The translations under genes and the position numbers were made by a program. Shown here piece by piece: positions 51,443-64,000 of a stretch of 64,000 nt of DNA; positions within the stretch are counted from its first letter, which is position 1, and the number at the start of each line of letters is the position of its first letter. The notes under the pieces were generated by a model. It ran no database searches. It saw only the letters and a program-made list of their open reading frames with translations, and had not been told where the DNA came from. Source of the stretch: Novakomyces olei (taxonomy: Eukaryota); contig JADEYG010000003.1 in NCBI GenBank assembly GCA_016906335.1, forward strand, positions 682,001-746,000, given 5' to 3'.

Positions 51443-53281
51443 TTACAGTTCATCATGCGGGATCGTGGATTGAGCATCATCGGCATCTGCCTCCGCGTCT
51501 AAACCCGCGGGCGTAGTCAAAGTCGCACTACTTTTGGAATCTTGGTCCTTTCCATCCTGCCCGCTTTTTCCATAATTCTTTATCTTCCCAAAATTCGAAG
51601 CCTGACGGATCAGGGATTCTGGAATACGCTTGAGCATCTCGTGCAAGTCATCGTCTGTCGGCTTTTTGGACTCTGTCTTGCTAATAAAATGCTTTCCGAT
51701 GCTGCGTGTGAGCTCAAACCCAGGCAGGCTCTGTCCAGATACAGTCACCAGATTGTACAGACGTAGACGTCTGTCTTTGACTTCGAATTCAGCAGTTGCG
51801 AGCTTTGCCTTTGCACCGTCTTCATACTCTGCAAAGAAGGAGAACTGGTCATCTTTATTGAAACGCTTCTCTTTTCCCGTGTCATCGTGGAGGACAAGAG
51901 AATCGGACTCTAATAATTCCGCTACTTCGTCCATGAATCGTTGAGCCAGCTTACGCAATTCGTGCCCGGAATCGAGCAAATCGGACAAATCTTTGACCGT
52001 TTCCTCGTTCATTTCCTGCCTCTCTTTTGCATTTTTTTCTGACTCGGACAATTCGGCTTTTATTTCTGATTCCCGATTTGTTTCTGGTTCCAGATTTGTT
52101 TCTGATTCCAAATTTGCCTCTATTTTAGGTCCATTAAATGGTGCTGATGTTTCAAGGACCTGTTTTCTTGTGTTCTCATCTAGACCATTCGATCCAGCGT
52201 CAGACGCATCAGCCAATTTAGTGGTACCGTCGTGGTCCAAAGAGCCTGCCGGCTTTAGAGGCGATACTAAAGTCCGGTTAGCCTGAAACTCGGCGTTGTT
52301 AACATCTGCCAGGTCTACGCTTGCTACCAAGGAGTCAGCCACAATCTGCCGACAGGTAATGTTGTTCATAACCTCCTCCTCGTCAAACACTCGGGAAAAC
52401 GCTTCAATGTTACATAGCCTGGGCGTTATAACTGTCATTGTATATGTACACGTGCTCACTTCCTTGAGCGATATTATACGGTCATGCAAGGCTGCCGGAT
52501 CACATTGGAATTCGACCGAAATTGTCCTGGGCCGCCCTGTTAAATCACACAGAGTTCCACCTCCATATTTTTGTTTATAGTAATAAGAAGATTGTGATGA
52601 ACGCGATCGGCTTTCTGCACCGACCCCGACCGGTACAAGATCCGTGTCCTCCACGGGGACTCCTGCCCCACTGGCCGGAGCAGTTCCTAGCATAAAACTT
52701 TGGAACCTTTCGTCTTCTACTGGCGGGAAAGATCCAAGCTCGCTAGCGGCGTCCAATTTATGGAACTGTTTGATAAATCGATTGTAACAAAAAAGGTACG
52801 TCCACCAGCCGGTGACGTAATAAATGCAGTTATCAGTCATGGGCTCCATAAGTGTCATTGCCTGTTTGCGAATATCTTCCAATGAAACGTCGCTTGAACG
52901 CGATTCCGTTGGAGCCGCGGCAGTCAGGGTAAAGTTATCCCGATCTTTAAGTACGGAGCAAACGTACTGCTCGCCCTTGTACGACATGAGCCGTGCATCC
53001 TCGTCTTCGTGGGCCGCTGCGTATGACAAAGATTCACTCTGCGATATTGGTTCGATAAACGCTACCTGATACCGCGGGTACGCATGAATCTTGGATTAGT
53101 ATGAAAAATAAATTTGCCGCGCAAAAGCAAAAAGACGAATTAAAGCGTAGCTCAATCTAAATTAAAACTAAATTCCATATGCATAATCAATTTAAATCAA
53201 TGCAAAAGTTCATACGTCCTGGCCAAAATTGATCAGCGCCAGCGCCGGTGCCGCTAGTATTAAAACCAGAATACTGCGCAT
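51443..53281 (-). CDS. YOS9: ER lectin Yos9/OS-9 (MRH domain) with signal peptide and HDEL; intron 53090-53215
   Basis: Signal peptide MRSILVLILAAPALA, CIYYVTGWWTYLFCY..IKQFH, GGTLCDLTGRPRTISVEFQC, EVSTCTY..TPRLC, C-terminal HDEL. Confidence 0.93.
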
Positions 53282-53530
53282 ATCGCCAGTTTCGATTTGC
53301 AGGCCTATCTGCTGCTAAACTTTCTCAATCATCTCGCCTGCTCCTCCGAGTCCGCGTCAATCTAACTGATGTAACTGTATTTGGCTGTAGATATATAGTG
53401 TGAAGAGATGAACGTGTAATATAAAAATAATATAATATAATTCCATACTTTAGCTACACGTACTAAATAATCGTATAGGAAGCACTGATCCAGCGTACGT
53501 ACGCAGCATACGTACTCACCGCACTTCACA

Positions 53531-54483
53531 ATGTCACAAGCACGAGGTGAGTTGAGAGGCAATTTTCAATGTTAAAACGACTAACGACCAGGCTTCGATC
53601 GTATGATCTCCATCTTTTCGCCGGAAGGACGGCTGTATCAGGTGGAGTATGCTTTCAAGGCGATCAATAGTGCTGGAATTACAACGATCGGCGTCACTGG
53701 AGAGAAGGCCAGCGTTGTTGTCGCACAGAAAAAGGTGCCAGACAAGCTGGTCGATGCCAGTACGGTGACGCATATATTTGGGATCTCTGCGCATGTTGGC
53801 GTCGTCATGACTGGGCCTATTGCGGACGCAAGGGCCCAAGTAACACGAGCACGTTCAGAGGCAGGAGAGTTTCGCTATAAATTTGGCTACGAGATGGTAA
53901 TTGGAAATAGCAGACTAGAATTTGGCAAAAGAATTTGGCAAAAGAATTTTGAAAAAAGAAAATCAAACAAAAGCAAAGTACACTAGACGAAAGGCTGTAT
54001 CTCAAGTTGAACAAATGCTAATATCAGCCTGCCGACGCTCTGGCAAAACGTATAGCAAATATCAATCAGGTGTATACGCAGCGAGCGGCAATGCGGCCGT
54101 ACGGCGTTGGTATTGAAACCTGATTTTACAATGTATCTAATTGCTGTTTAGCTATGACTATTATATCGGTGGACGATGAGAATGGCCCACAGCTATACAA
54201 GATCGATCCAGCTGGGTACTACGTGGGCTCTCTGGCTACTGCCTCTGGACCCAAACAACAGGCGGCGGTTACATGGCTCGAGAAACGGTACAAACGCGAA
54301 GGGCCCCCGGCAACGACAACTGATACTGTTGAGCTGGCTCTGCAGGCGCTTATGAGTAGCCTGAGCGTAGATTTCAAGCCCACAGAGGTCGAAGTAGGGC
54401 TCGTTGACGGCAAAGAGCCCTTCCGAAAATTGACAGTGGAGGAAATCGATGCCCGGCTTCAAAGTATTGCAGAGAAAGACTAG
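53531..54483 (+). CDS. SCL1: 20S proteasome alpha1 subunit (PSMA6); 3 introns
   Basis: [62 protein letters not shown]. Confidence 0.95.
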
Positions 54484-54638
54484 TGTAGAAATTGAGGAAT
54501 TGCCTATTGTGATGTCGTAACGTATGATATGCAAGTCTAGAGATATTCTTGTTTACATAAGCATCTACAATAACATATAATTTAATAAACTTACTAACTA
54601 ATTAATTTATTTATTTATTTACCTTCTCTTTATATACA

Positions 54639-56698
54639 TTACCTACCCGCGATTTGCTTGGCGACAATCTTTTTCACCATGTCCCAATCACCGGCAGTGG
54701 AAACATCGCCGACCGTGTAAACGTGCACTGTTCCCCTAGCATCGCCCAGTGCCAGTTGGCACCGGCCATGTTTATCCCAGACGGCACGATTAAGAACAGC
54801 AAATTTGCCGGCATCGTCACTCAGAGGCCGTCCAATTTTAATAGCAACTTCTTCCAAATTGCTCACATGTCTAACCTGTAATTCTTCTGCAGTTAGGCAG
54901 AGCAAAGAGCCCGGCCTAACAGGACTCCAGGCTGTATCAAGCAGCATATCGCTGCATGTAAAGGCAAATACTGGGCTAATAATTTGAGGAGCTGAAGCAA
55001 AAGCCAGAGAACTTGTAGAAGTAGATGAAACAGCCGCTACTGGAGGCCGCGTTCGCCAAACACAGACTCGACCGTCAAGGGCCACACTGACCATGTAGTC
55101 GTCAGTGTCATCCTCGGCTGAATAAACGTCGAGGCCCATTACAGGAGCAGAATGGCCTCGGTACACAATACGGCCATCCGTACCGGCTTTAGTCCCGGGC
55201 CGATCGAGTCGATGGACCCTATAAATATCGCCAGACTCAGTCCCTGCGTAGAAAAGAGCTGGATCATTACGCTTAAACCCGACAGCAGTGGGCGCAAGTT
55301 CATCGAATTTAGTGGCTAAAGGATCACGTAAGCAGAGACGCTCCAAAGGGGCAGACAGCATATCCATATCCCAAACACAGCAGACTCCATCCACACCGAT
55401 ACTCACTATATTATGTGACTGCCGAGTGCCGACAATATGGACTCTTGAAACGGCAAAAGGGTGGTCGCCCAGCACGATAGAGCTGCGCTGTATACTCGCC
55501 AGACTAGTCGATAGCGAATCTGATAAACAAGACAGATCTGATAAGGGCAGTTGATGATCTGATGAGGAAGCAGAACGATCTGATAAGCTCGTGGGACGGG
55601 AAAGAGTAAAAACAATAACCTGTCCACTAGCTGTGCCCGCCACGATACGCGCACTAAAGGGCGACCATTCGACACTATTGACCTCTGCATCCAGGGAGAA
55701 AATGTACTCTGGCCGGGCTGGAGTATGGCAGTTCCATACGACTACAAGGCCAGCCGGTGCGGTTTGGCTGGATTCGAAGGCACTGCTCCCGTAGCCAGCA
55801 CATAATAACTCCGGAAACAAGGGAGAGTAGTCCAGGGATCTAACGCACCGACCAGCAGTGACTTTTTCATAGGAAAATTGGTATAGCAAAGTAACTGCTT
55901 CGCCTCCTTCCACACTGGCCGTAGCCGGGTGGGACTGGTAGTCCACCAGAATATCGTACCCGTCTTGCACCAAAGCGCGCTCAACTATTTTAGTGCTCTG
56001 ATTAAGAAACCGAAGAAATTCAGAGGATCCCAGCAGTTCTTGTCGAGCTTCCGCATCAATAGGCTGTACATTCTGATCAAGGCCAGATTTCGCAGTGGCC
56101 GCCGATGGCACACGCAATTTTGCGTCTAGTTTTGCGTCTGATTCTGGTTCTGTATCTGTATCTTTGTTGTTTAGAGTGACATCAGGTTCAGGAGAGCCGA
56201 CTGCTCGTTCTACCGCGGGCAATTCTCTGCCAGTCTCTGGCCGCTGTAGGCCGTCAGCTTCAGCCGCACTTCCGGGCCCCGTCTGCTCATCAGTCTGAAC
56301 CTGCTTCGTGTATGCTACTGGCGGCCTTTGGACAATGGGCACCACGTCAATATGCGTTACAATCGACGCTGGGCCAAGATCAAATTGGCCAGCCTGTGGC
56401 TGTTGCTCATCTTTCGGCTCTTGGTCTTTAGATCCGAGTAATTGGTCGACTAGTTGCTCAATATCATCGGGAGCGGTGGCCGCCTTGCCGGCCTGCCATT
56501 GTGTTTTAGCATTTAGTCATTTAATTAATTAATTATCTAATTGATCATTTATTTATTAGTTATTTCCATTGCTTTTGCTCGTCTTACGTGTGGTTCAACA
56601 GGCGCAAACGCGGCTAGAGACTCGCTGCGCCGCTGTCGTAGTTGCGCTAATTGTGCTCGCTTTGCCTGTAGCTCGGCGCGGCGTCTTTCTAGTGCCAT
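54639..56698 (-). CDS. PAC11: Cytoplasmic dynein intermediate chain; intron 56493-56587
   Basis: N-terminal coiled coil MALERRRAELQAKRAQLAQLRQRR, light-chain site YTKQVQT, FLNQSTKIVERAL, and WD40 repeats (VVVWN..RPEY, DGVCCVW, GTESG, GHSAPV). Confidence 0.88.
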
Positions 56699-56799
56699 TG
56701 ATCAATCATACTGAATTGCTCTTGGTTGCATTTTCATTTATTTATTGTCCATATTTATTTACGTGTATGCCGTGCACAGATTCTGTGCGTAATAGTATT

Positions 56800-56996
<197 letters not shown>

Positions 56997-57052
56997 TTAT
57001 CGTATTTGTTAATTATTTTTCCAGACAGAGCCACAAGAGCGCAAGTGCGCTA

Positions 57053-59724
<2,672 letters not shown>

Positions 59725-60008
59725 ACGCTTGCTGTATTTGGACTAGTGCAATACTTTTGCACTCGTTTCATTTCATTTGTAAAATTTTACGCATCAACAC
59801 TGACGTACTACTGATCACATTTGCCTCCATCATGTTTAGAAAATTTACAATAGTTTAGGTTATATTCAAGAAATGGTATTTCTTCGAACCCGACTCGCTT
59901 CATGTTGTTTGTAAATCCATTGGTAAAGTATAATGATACCTTTGCCCTAAACAAAGCAGGCTTTATACAGTTTTTCACCATTCGCGCTTGTACCTGTCCT
60001 CTATATAT

Positions 60009-62423
60009 TCACAATTTATTCCTGTGTTCGGGCCGTAATACACCCTCATTCTCTGAGGTAATTGCAGCACATAAAGCTCGAATTTGTGCCATACTTAACC
60101 CGCATTTCCCTATAACATACCCCAAAACCGATCCCCATCTCTTGTCAATGTAATGCAATGTTTCAATCATGGCCGTGTACGGACTACCCAATTGTTCCGC
60201 GTATGTTTCCAGAATATGCTGCCGCTGGTCGTTCGTAATCTCAAAATTTTCACGTTCAATCATATTGTTGATCGTCGCCTCAATGTTGGACCGGTACACT
60301 TGGATCGGTTCCTGTAAAAGTGAACTAGATACTTCGTATTCACGTGCAATTAAATCCGGTGTGACGCCAACTAGTCGTTCAATTATTGCACAAAACAGGC
60401 CGGTTCGGTCTTTGCCAGCTAGAAGTAAGTGAGCATTTGTCAAGAATTAAAATTCATAATTAATTATTTAGACTATGAATATATATGTGTATGTGTGTTT
60501 ATTCATTTTATTTTTGTTTTCAACATATGTCTGCATTTGCATTGTCTGTTGCTATATTTTCTAATTTTAATTTTTAAATTTTTACTATTCTTGTTTTCAA
60601 CATATGTTTTGTCTTTTCCAAACCATACCTGTGCAATGAACAAGGACCGGACTGCGGTGGGCTATTATATGCTTCATTACCTCACTATAAGCAGCGCCAG
60701 CATGTTCTAATATCATGATGTTCACATCGAGCAAAATATCCTTGGGAGCATCCTGAGCCATCATCTTTTTCACTAATGCAGCTGGGTCAAAAATGCCGTC
60801 AGAAAATACAGGAGCATGCTTAACAATCCGTTCAAATCGCGGGTCCGCTGGCGCAAGTAGAGCATACTTTTTCCGCTCTGTAGCTGATCGAAAATCAAAA
60901 ATAACACCCCTCTTTTCCCCCAGCATTGAGAGTAGCATTTCTCTGCCCTCTAGAGTCGCACTACCAGGGTCGGCTGATCTATAAATCATACCCGATCGTA
61001 AACTCGCACCCTCACCAGACCAGCGTTGCCGGCAAGGCAAGGGCCCAACGTCGCGGACGTTATAAACGCCCGGCACTTGAGTAATGTGCGAGGCTATTCG
61101 GTAGCGTTTAGCCGCCCTTGTGCTCTCTGCTTCTGGTGACAGCCACTGCGTTATGTAACGCGCAACTGAAGGATTAAGGTTTTCTCGCTTCTTCTTTTCC
61201 TTAGCAACAGTATAAAAATTATGGTCACCGCCCCGGATCATTTGCACATCGCAAATTTCTCCTAACAAAGTGGCCCAGCGTGAAGCGTCTGCCGGGTCCA
61301 CGATATGATCCTTGTCGCCAAAAATAGTGAGCACTTGGGTCAATGACCGACGGCAGGCCTGAGGGATATCGAGTTCTGAATAAGTAGCGACTTCGAAAAC
61401 CTCTTCTGCCGGCGTGTGCCTTGTCACCAGCTGCCGCTGCACGAGCCAAGGCTCTGGTAATTGCTTTATATTCCTCCACCGCCAAGAATCGTCAACTGGC
61501 TCAAGGAACTGCTCATATTTTTCAAGCATTGTTTCAGATCGATAACGGCCTGAGCAGTTTACAACGCGGGGAATATCGTATTTGCCGTACTTTAAGTATT
61601 GCAAGCAGGCGATAGCGCCTGATGTCAGTAGGTAATTTAGTAAGAGTTTGCATATAGTAAAGGAAAGTAAAAGAAAAGAAAGAGCAAAAGAAAAGGGAAA
61701 GCTAAAAGATGAAGAAAAGAGCAACAAAAGCAACAAAAGACAGGCCGGCAATAAAAAAGATCATGCGGAAAATTGAACCGGCAGACAGTTAAATAGGACT
61801 ATTCAATAGGACCATTCAACGGACATTGCTACCCCAAATAGATCTGAAATGAAACAGGCCCTTGACTGACCTAGACCGAGCTTTAAAAGAACAAAAAAGA
61901 AAAAGTAGACACATGTAGTTTTATTCATCAAATTGCCGGCAAACTGCCATGGCACAAAAAAGCCTTGTCAAATTCGACTTATAATTTGGGCACAAGTAGC
62001 CGATACCTCTAGAATGGCCGATAAGGGCCCACGGCCAATAATCAAACTCTTCGACTAAATAGTCGAGTACACGATCGATATCATCCAAATCATCCTGATA
62101 TTAGACGGAGTACAGCGGCCTTACACTAATAAATCTTGGAGAATCAACGTCTTTGTCTGTTGACTCCCCACAGCCACGAAAGTCTAGGCGCACAGAGTCG
62201 ATACCAAGCTGCTGCGCCAGCATTCGCTGGTAGCAGTAATCCTTGTGTCCACTAGAATACGTTAATTACCCCACACTGGAAGAATATTGCGGCAGCCTTA
62301 CGCATGGCCGTGGCATATTACAGCCAACTTGGAGGCAGGCCGACGAAATTGTGTGTTTTGCTCGAGTATACACACTATTCGTTGGCCATTGGCACCCGCG
62401 ATCTCGACGCGCGTCGATACCAT
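60009..62423 (-). CDS. Fusion of an alpha/beta serine hydrolase and a Cys-based tyrosine/lipid phosphatase (Y_phosphatase3-like); introns 62252-62301, 62095-62124, 61619-62006, 60419-60628
   Basis: Hydrolase half: ICHGHA|GHK, LDFRGCGES, GHSR|G, FGDKDHIV, GGDHNF. Phosphatase half: NVRDVG, IYRSA, DFRS, HCT|AGKDRTG. The domain junction lies inside one open exon. Confidence 0.85.
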
Positions 62424-62683
62424 ACCGTCATGTGATTGAAGTCGTTACTGTAGGCAATATATTGTATGTCGAAATGAATTATTTATACGCAAATTATCTA
62501 GAAGATTATTGTTATTATTATTATTATTATTATTCTTTTCTTTTCTTCTTCATCTACTAGCATGCTAATGGTCGCCATGGGCGATCAGAGACTGTATGGA
62601 CCCGATCCGAACAAACCCAAATCATCAATGTCATAGGATTGGATAAGGCTATGTAAATTGACCTAAACTCGACGTCTTTCTGA

Positions 62684-63195
62684 CTACGGCCGGCCTATAA
62701 TCATAATTTGCAGCTCACACGCATCCAACTCAGACACTGGCCTCGTGTCGGATACTATCTTTCCACGAAGTAGCAGGCGCACGCTTGACGCAGGAACTGA
62801 CAGCTCTGAAGCCGCTTGCTTTTTAATTTCTGCAGCAGTTGCTTGGCTGTCGACCGCCAATTGCAGTCTAGTTTGGGGCGGTCGTAGTAGTCGTGCGTTA
62901 ATTGTGACTAGTTTCAATTAGCCGTAGCAAATCATAATATATACCTTTATCGGACTGGAGAGAGCCCTCAGACGCGGCCGGCTGGTCGGGGTTTGTAGAT
63001 CCTGTTGACGTGTATGCAAAGTCTGGCAGCGGCGCTAGTCCTGCCTGCTTATTAGCTGTAAATTAGTGTAAATATGCCTACCCCAACTGCAGACCAGTCT
63101 ACTTCTTCAGGTGCTTTTTTAAAAGTATCGTTATAAATAAGACGCCGACGGCCAAGAGCAGCAAGGCTCTGGCGCACAAACGCTGATTCTTCCAT
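62684..63195 (-). CDS. Get5/Mdy2-like ubiquitin-like domain protein; 37-nt introns 63045-63081 and 62908-62944
   Basis: N-terminus MEESAFVRQSLAALGRRRLIYNDTF resembles the Get4-binding segment. C-terminal UBL domain (EIKKQ..VRLLLRGKIVSD). Confidence 0.65.
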
Positions 63196-63281
63196 TGCGC
63201 CTAGTGATAATGTGATGGCTGTATTTCATGCACGTCACTTTTCGTATGAGGACGTAATAAAAGCGGACATGTAATTGTCTT

Positions 63282-63282
63282 T

Positions 63283-63357
<75 letters not shown>

Positions 63358-63359
63358 TT
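63282..63359. repeat. (TTTA)n microsatellite in a divergent promoter
   Basis: Direct reading of the sequence. Confidence 0.95.
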
Positions 63360-63442
63360 GATTGATTATATCCCTATTATTCATTATCAGATCAATCAGA
63401 AAATTGATCTCCAATGCGTCATCAGTTTGAGTGCATGAACTT

Positions 63443-64000
63443 ATGATCAAACCCGGGCTGCAGCGGATCACCAAGCTGCTTTCAGCTCTTGGTGATCCGC
63501 ACAATAGTTATCGCATAATACATGCAGCGGGAACGAATGGCAAAGGCTCAGTGTGCGCTTACACGTCTAGTATTCTTGACCGTGCTCAAATAGCTCACGG
63601 CCGTTTCACGAGCCCGCATCTCGTTCACAGATGGGATTGTATCCATGTGAACGGGGGTGCTGTATCAGAGGCAGACTTTAATCGTCAAGAGCGCCTTGTG
63701 AAAACTTGCAATGAATCTGAAGGCATTAATGCCTCGGAATTTGAAGTATTAACGGCAACAGCGTTTTTATTGTTCCGTGAGCAACGTGTAAAGATCGCGG
63801 TCATAGAGGCCGGCCTTGGGGGTACGCTAGATGCCACTAATGTCGTCAGTCCGTTGGTAACGATTATCACTAAAGTCTCGCTGGACCATACGGATTTTCT
63901 CGGTCCAACTTTACAGAGCATTGCGCAGCACAAAGTGGGTATCATGAAACCACGAGTGCCCTGTATAATTGACGCAACAAACTCTGACGCAGTGTTGACA
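63443..64000 (+). CDS. FOL3: Dihydrofolate synthase / FolC family, 3'-truncated by the window edge
   Basis: MIKPGLQRITKLL..LGDPH, HAAGTNGKGSVCAY, FTSPHL, SEFEVLTA, VIEAGLGGTLDATN, LDHTDFLG. Confidence 0.92.
   Translation, partial: MIKPGLQRITKLLSALGDPHNSYRIIHAAGTNGKGSVCAYTSSILDRAQIAHGRFTSPHLVHRWDCIHVNGGAVSEADFNRQERLVKTCNESEGINASEFEVLTATAFLLFREQRVKIAVIEAGLGGTLDATNVVSPLVTIITKVSLDHTDFLGPTLQSIAQHKVGIMKPRVPCIIDATNSDAVLT

Noticed and set aside
62584-62630. C/D-box-like TGATGA...CTGA on the minus strand
   Set aside because: The boxes are only about 45 nt apart, with no terminal stem or recognisable rRNA guide.
63056-63081. Apparent 26-nt intron in the GET5-like gene
   Set aside because: That acceptor leads to an early stop. 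The downstream CAG at 63045 (37-nt intron) keeps the frame.

Overview
Gene-dense eukaryotic nuclear DNA from an ascomycete fungus. About 33 protein-coding genes (two truncated at the window edges) and one intron-containing tRNA-Ala(CGC) are visible. The genetic code looks standard (CTG at conserved Leu positions). Many 30-50 nt spliceosomal introns, short branch-to-AG spacing, frequent AAG acceptors and the presence of TSC1, Gemin7 and NAG1 suggest Taphrinomycotina (inference). Most genes are housekeeping: VPS20, heme lyase, MVD1, COX8, ENA ATPase, LSB3/YSC84, TSC1, DUT1, PUF6, QCR6, POP7, RFA2, SEC1, PTC7, SDH1, SPO7, PGK1, PMT4, PRP4, ATP synthase e, NAG1, YOS9, proteasome alpha1, dynein intermediate chain, DHR2, GET5, FOL3. 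Several small spliced genes are missed or fragmented by the ORF track and were rebuilt by hand. Most notable observations: (1) a divergent Gemin7-like gene head-to-head with POP7 across a long (ATT)n tract; (2) a serine hydrolase-Cys phosphatase fusion gene containing an obligatory 30-nt intron; (3) a 2.3-kb region with no intact gene that carries a telomeric-template-like motif, a strong hairpin, an Sm-like site and the remains of a spliced membrane-protein gene; (4) AT microsatellites concentrated in divergent promoters and expanded introns. No transposon, CRISPR array or rRNA was found. Exon boundaries were read by eye and are predictions.
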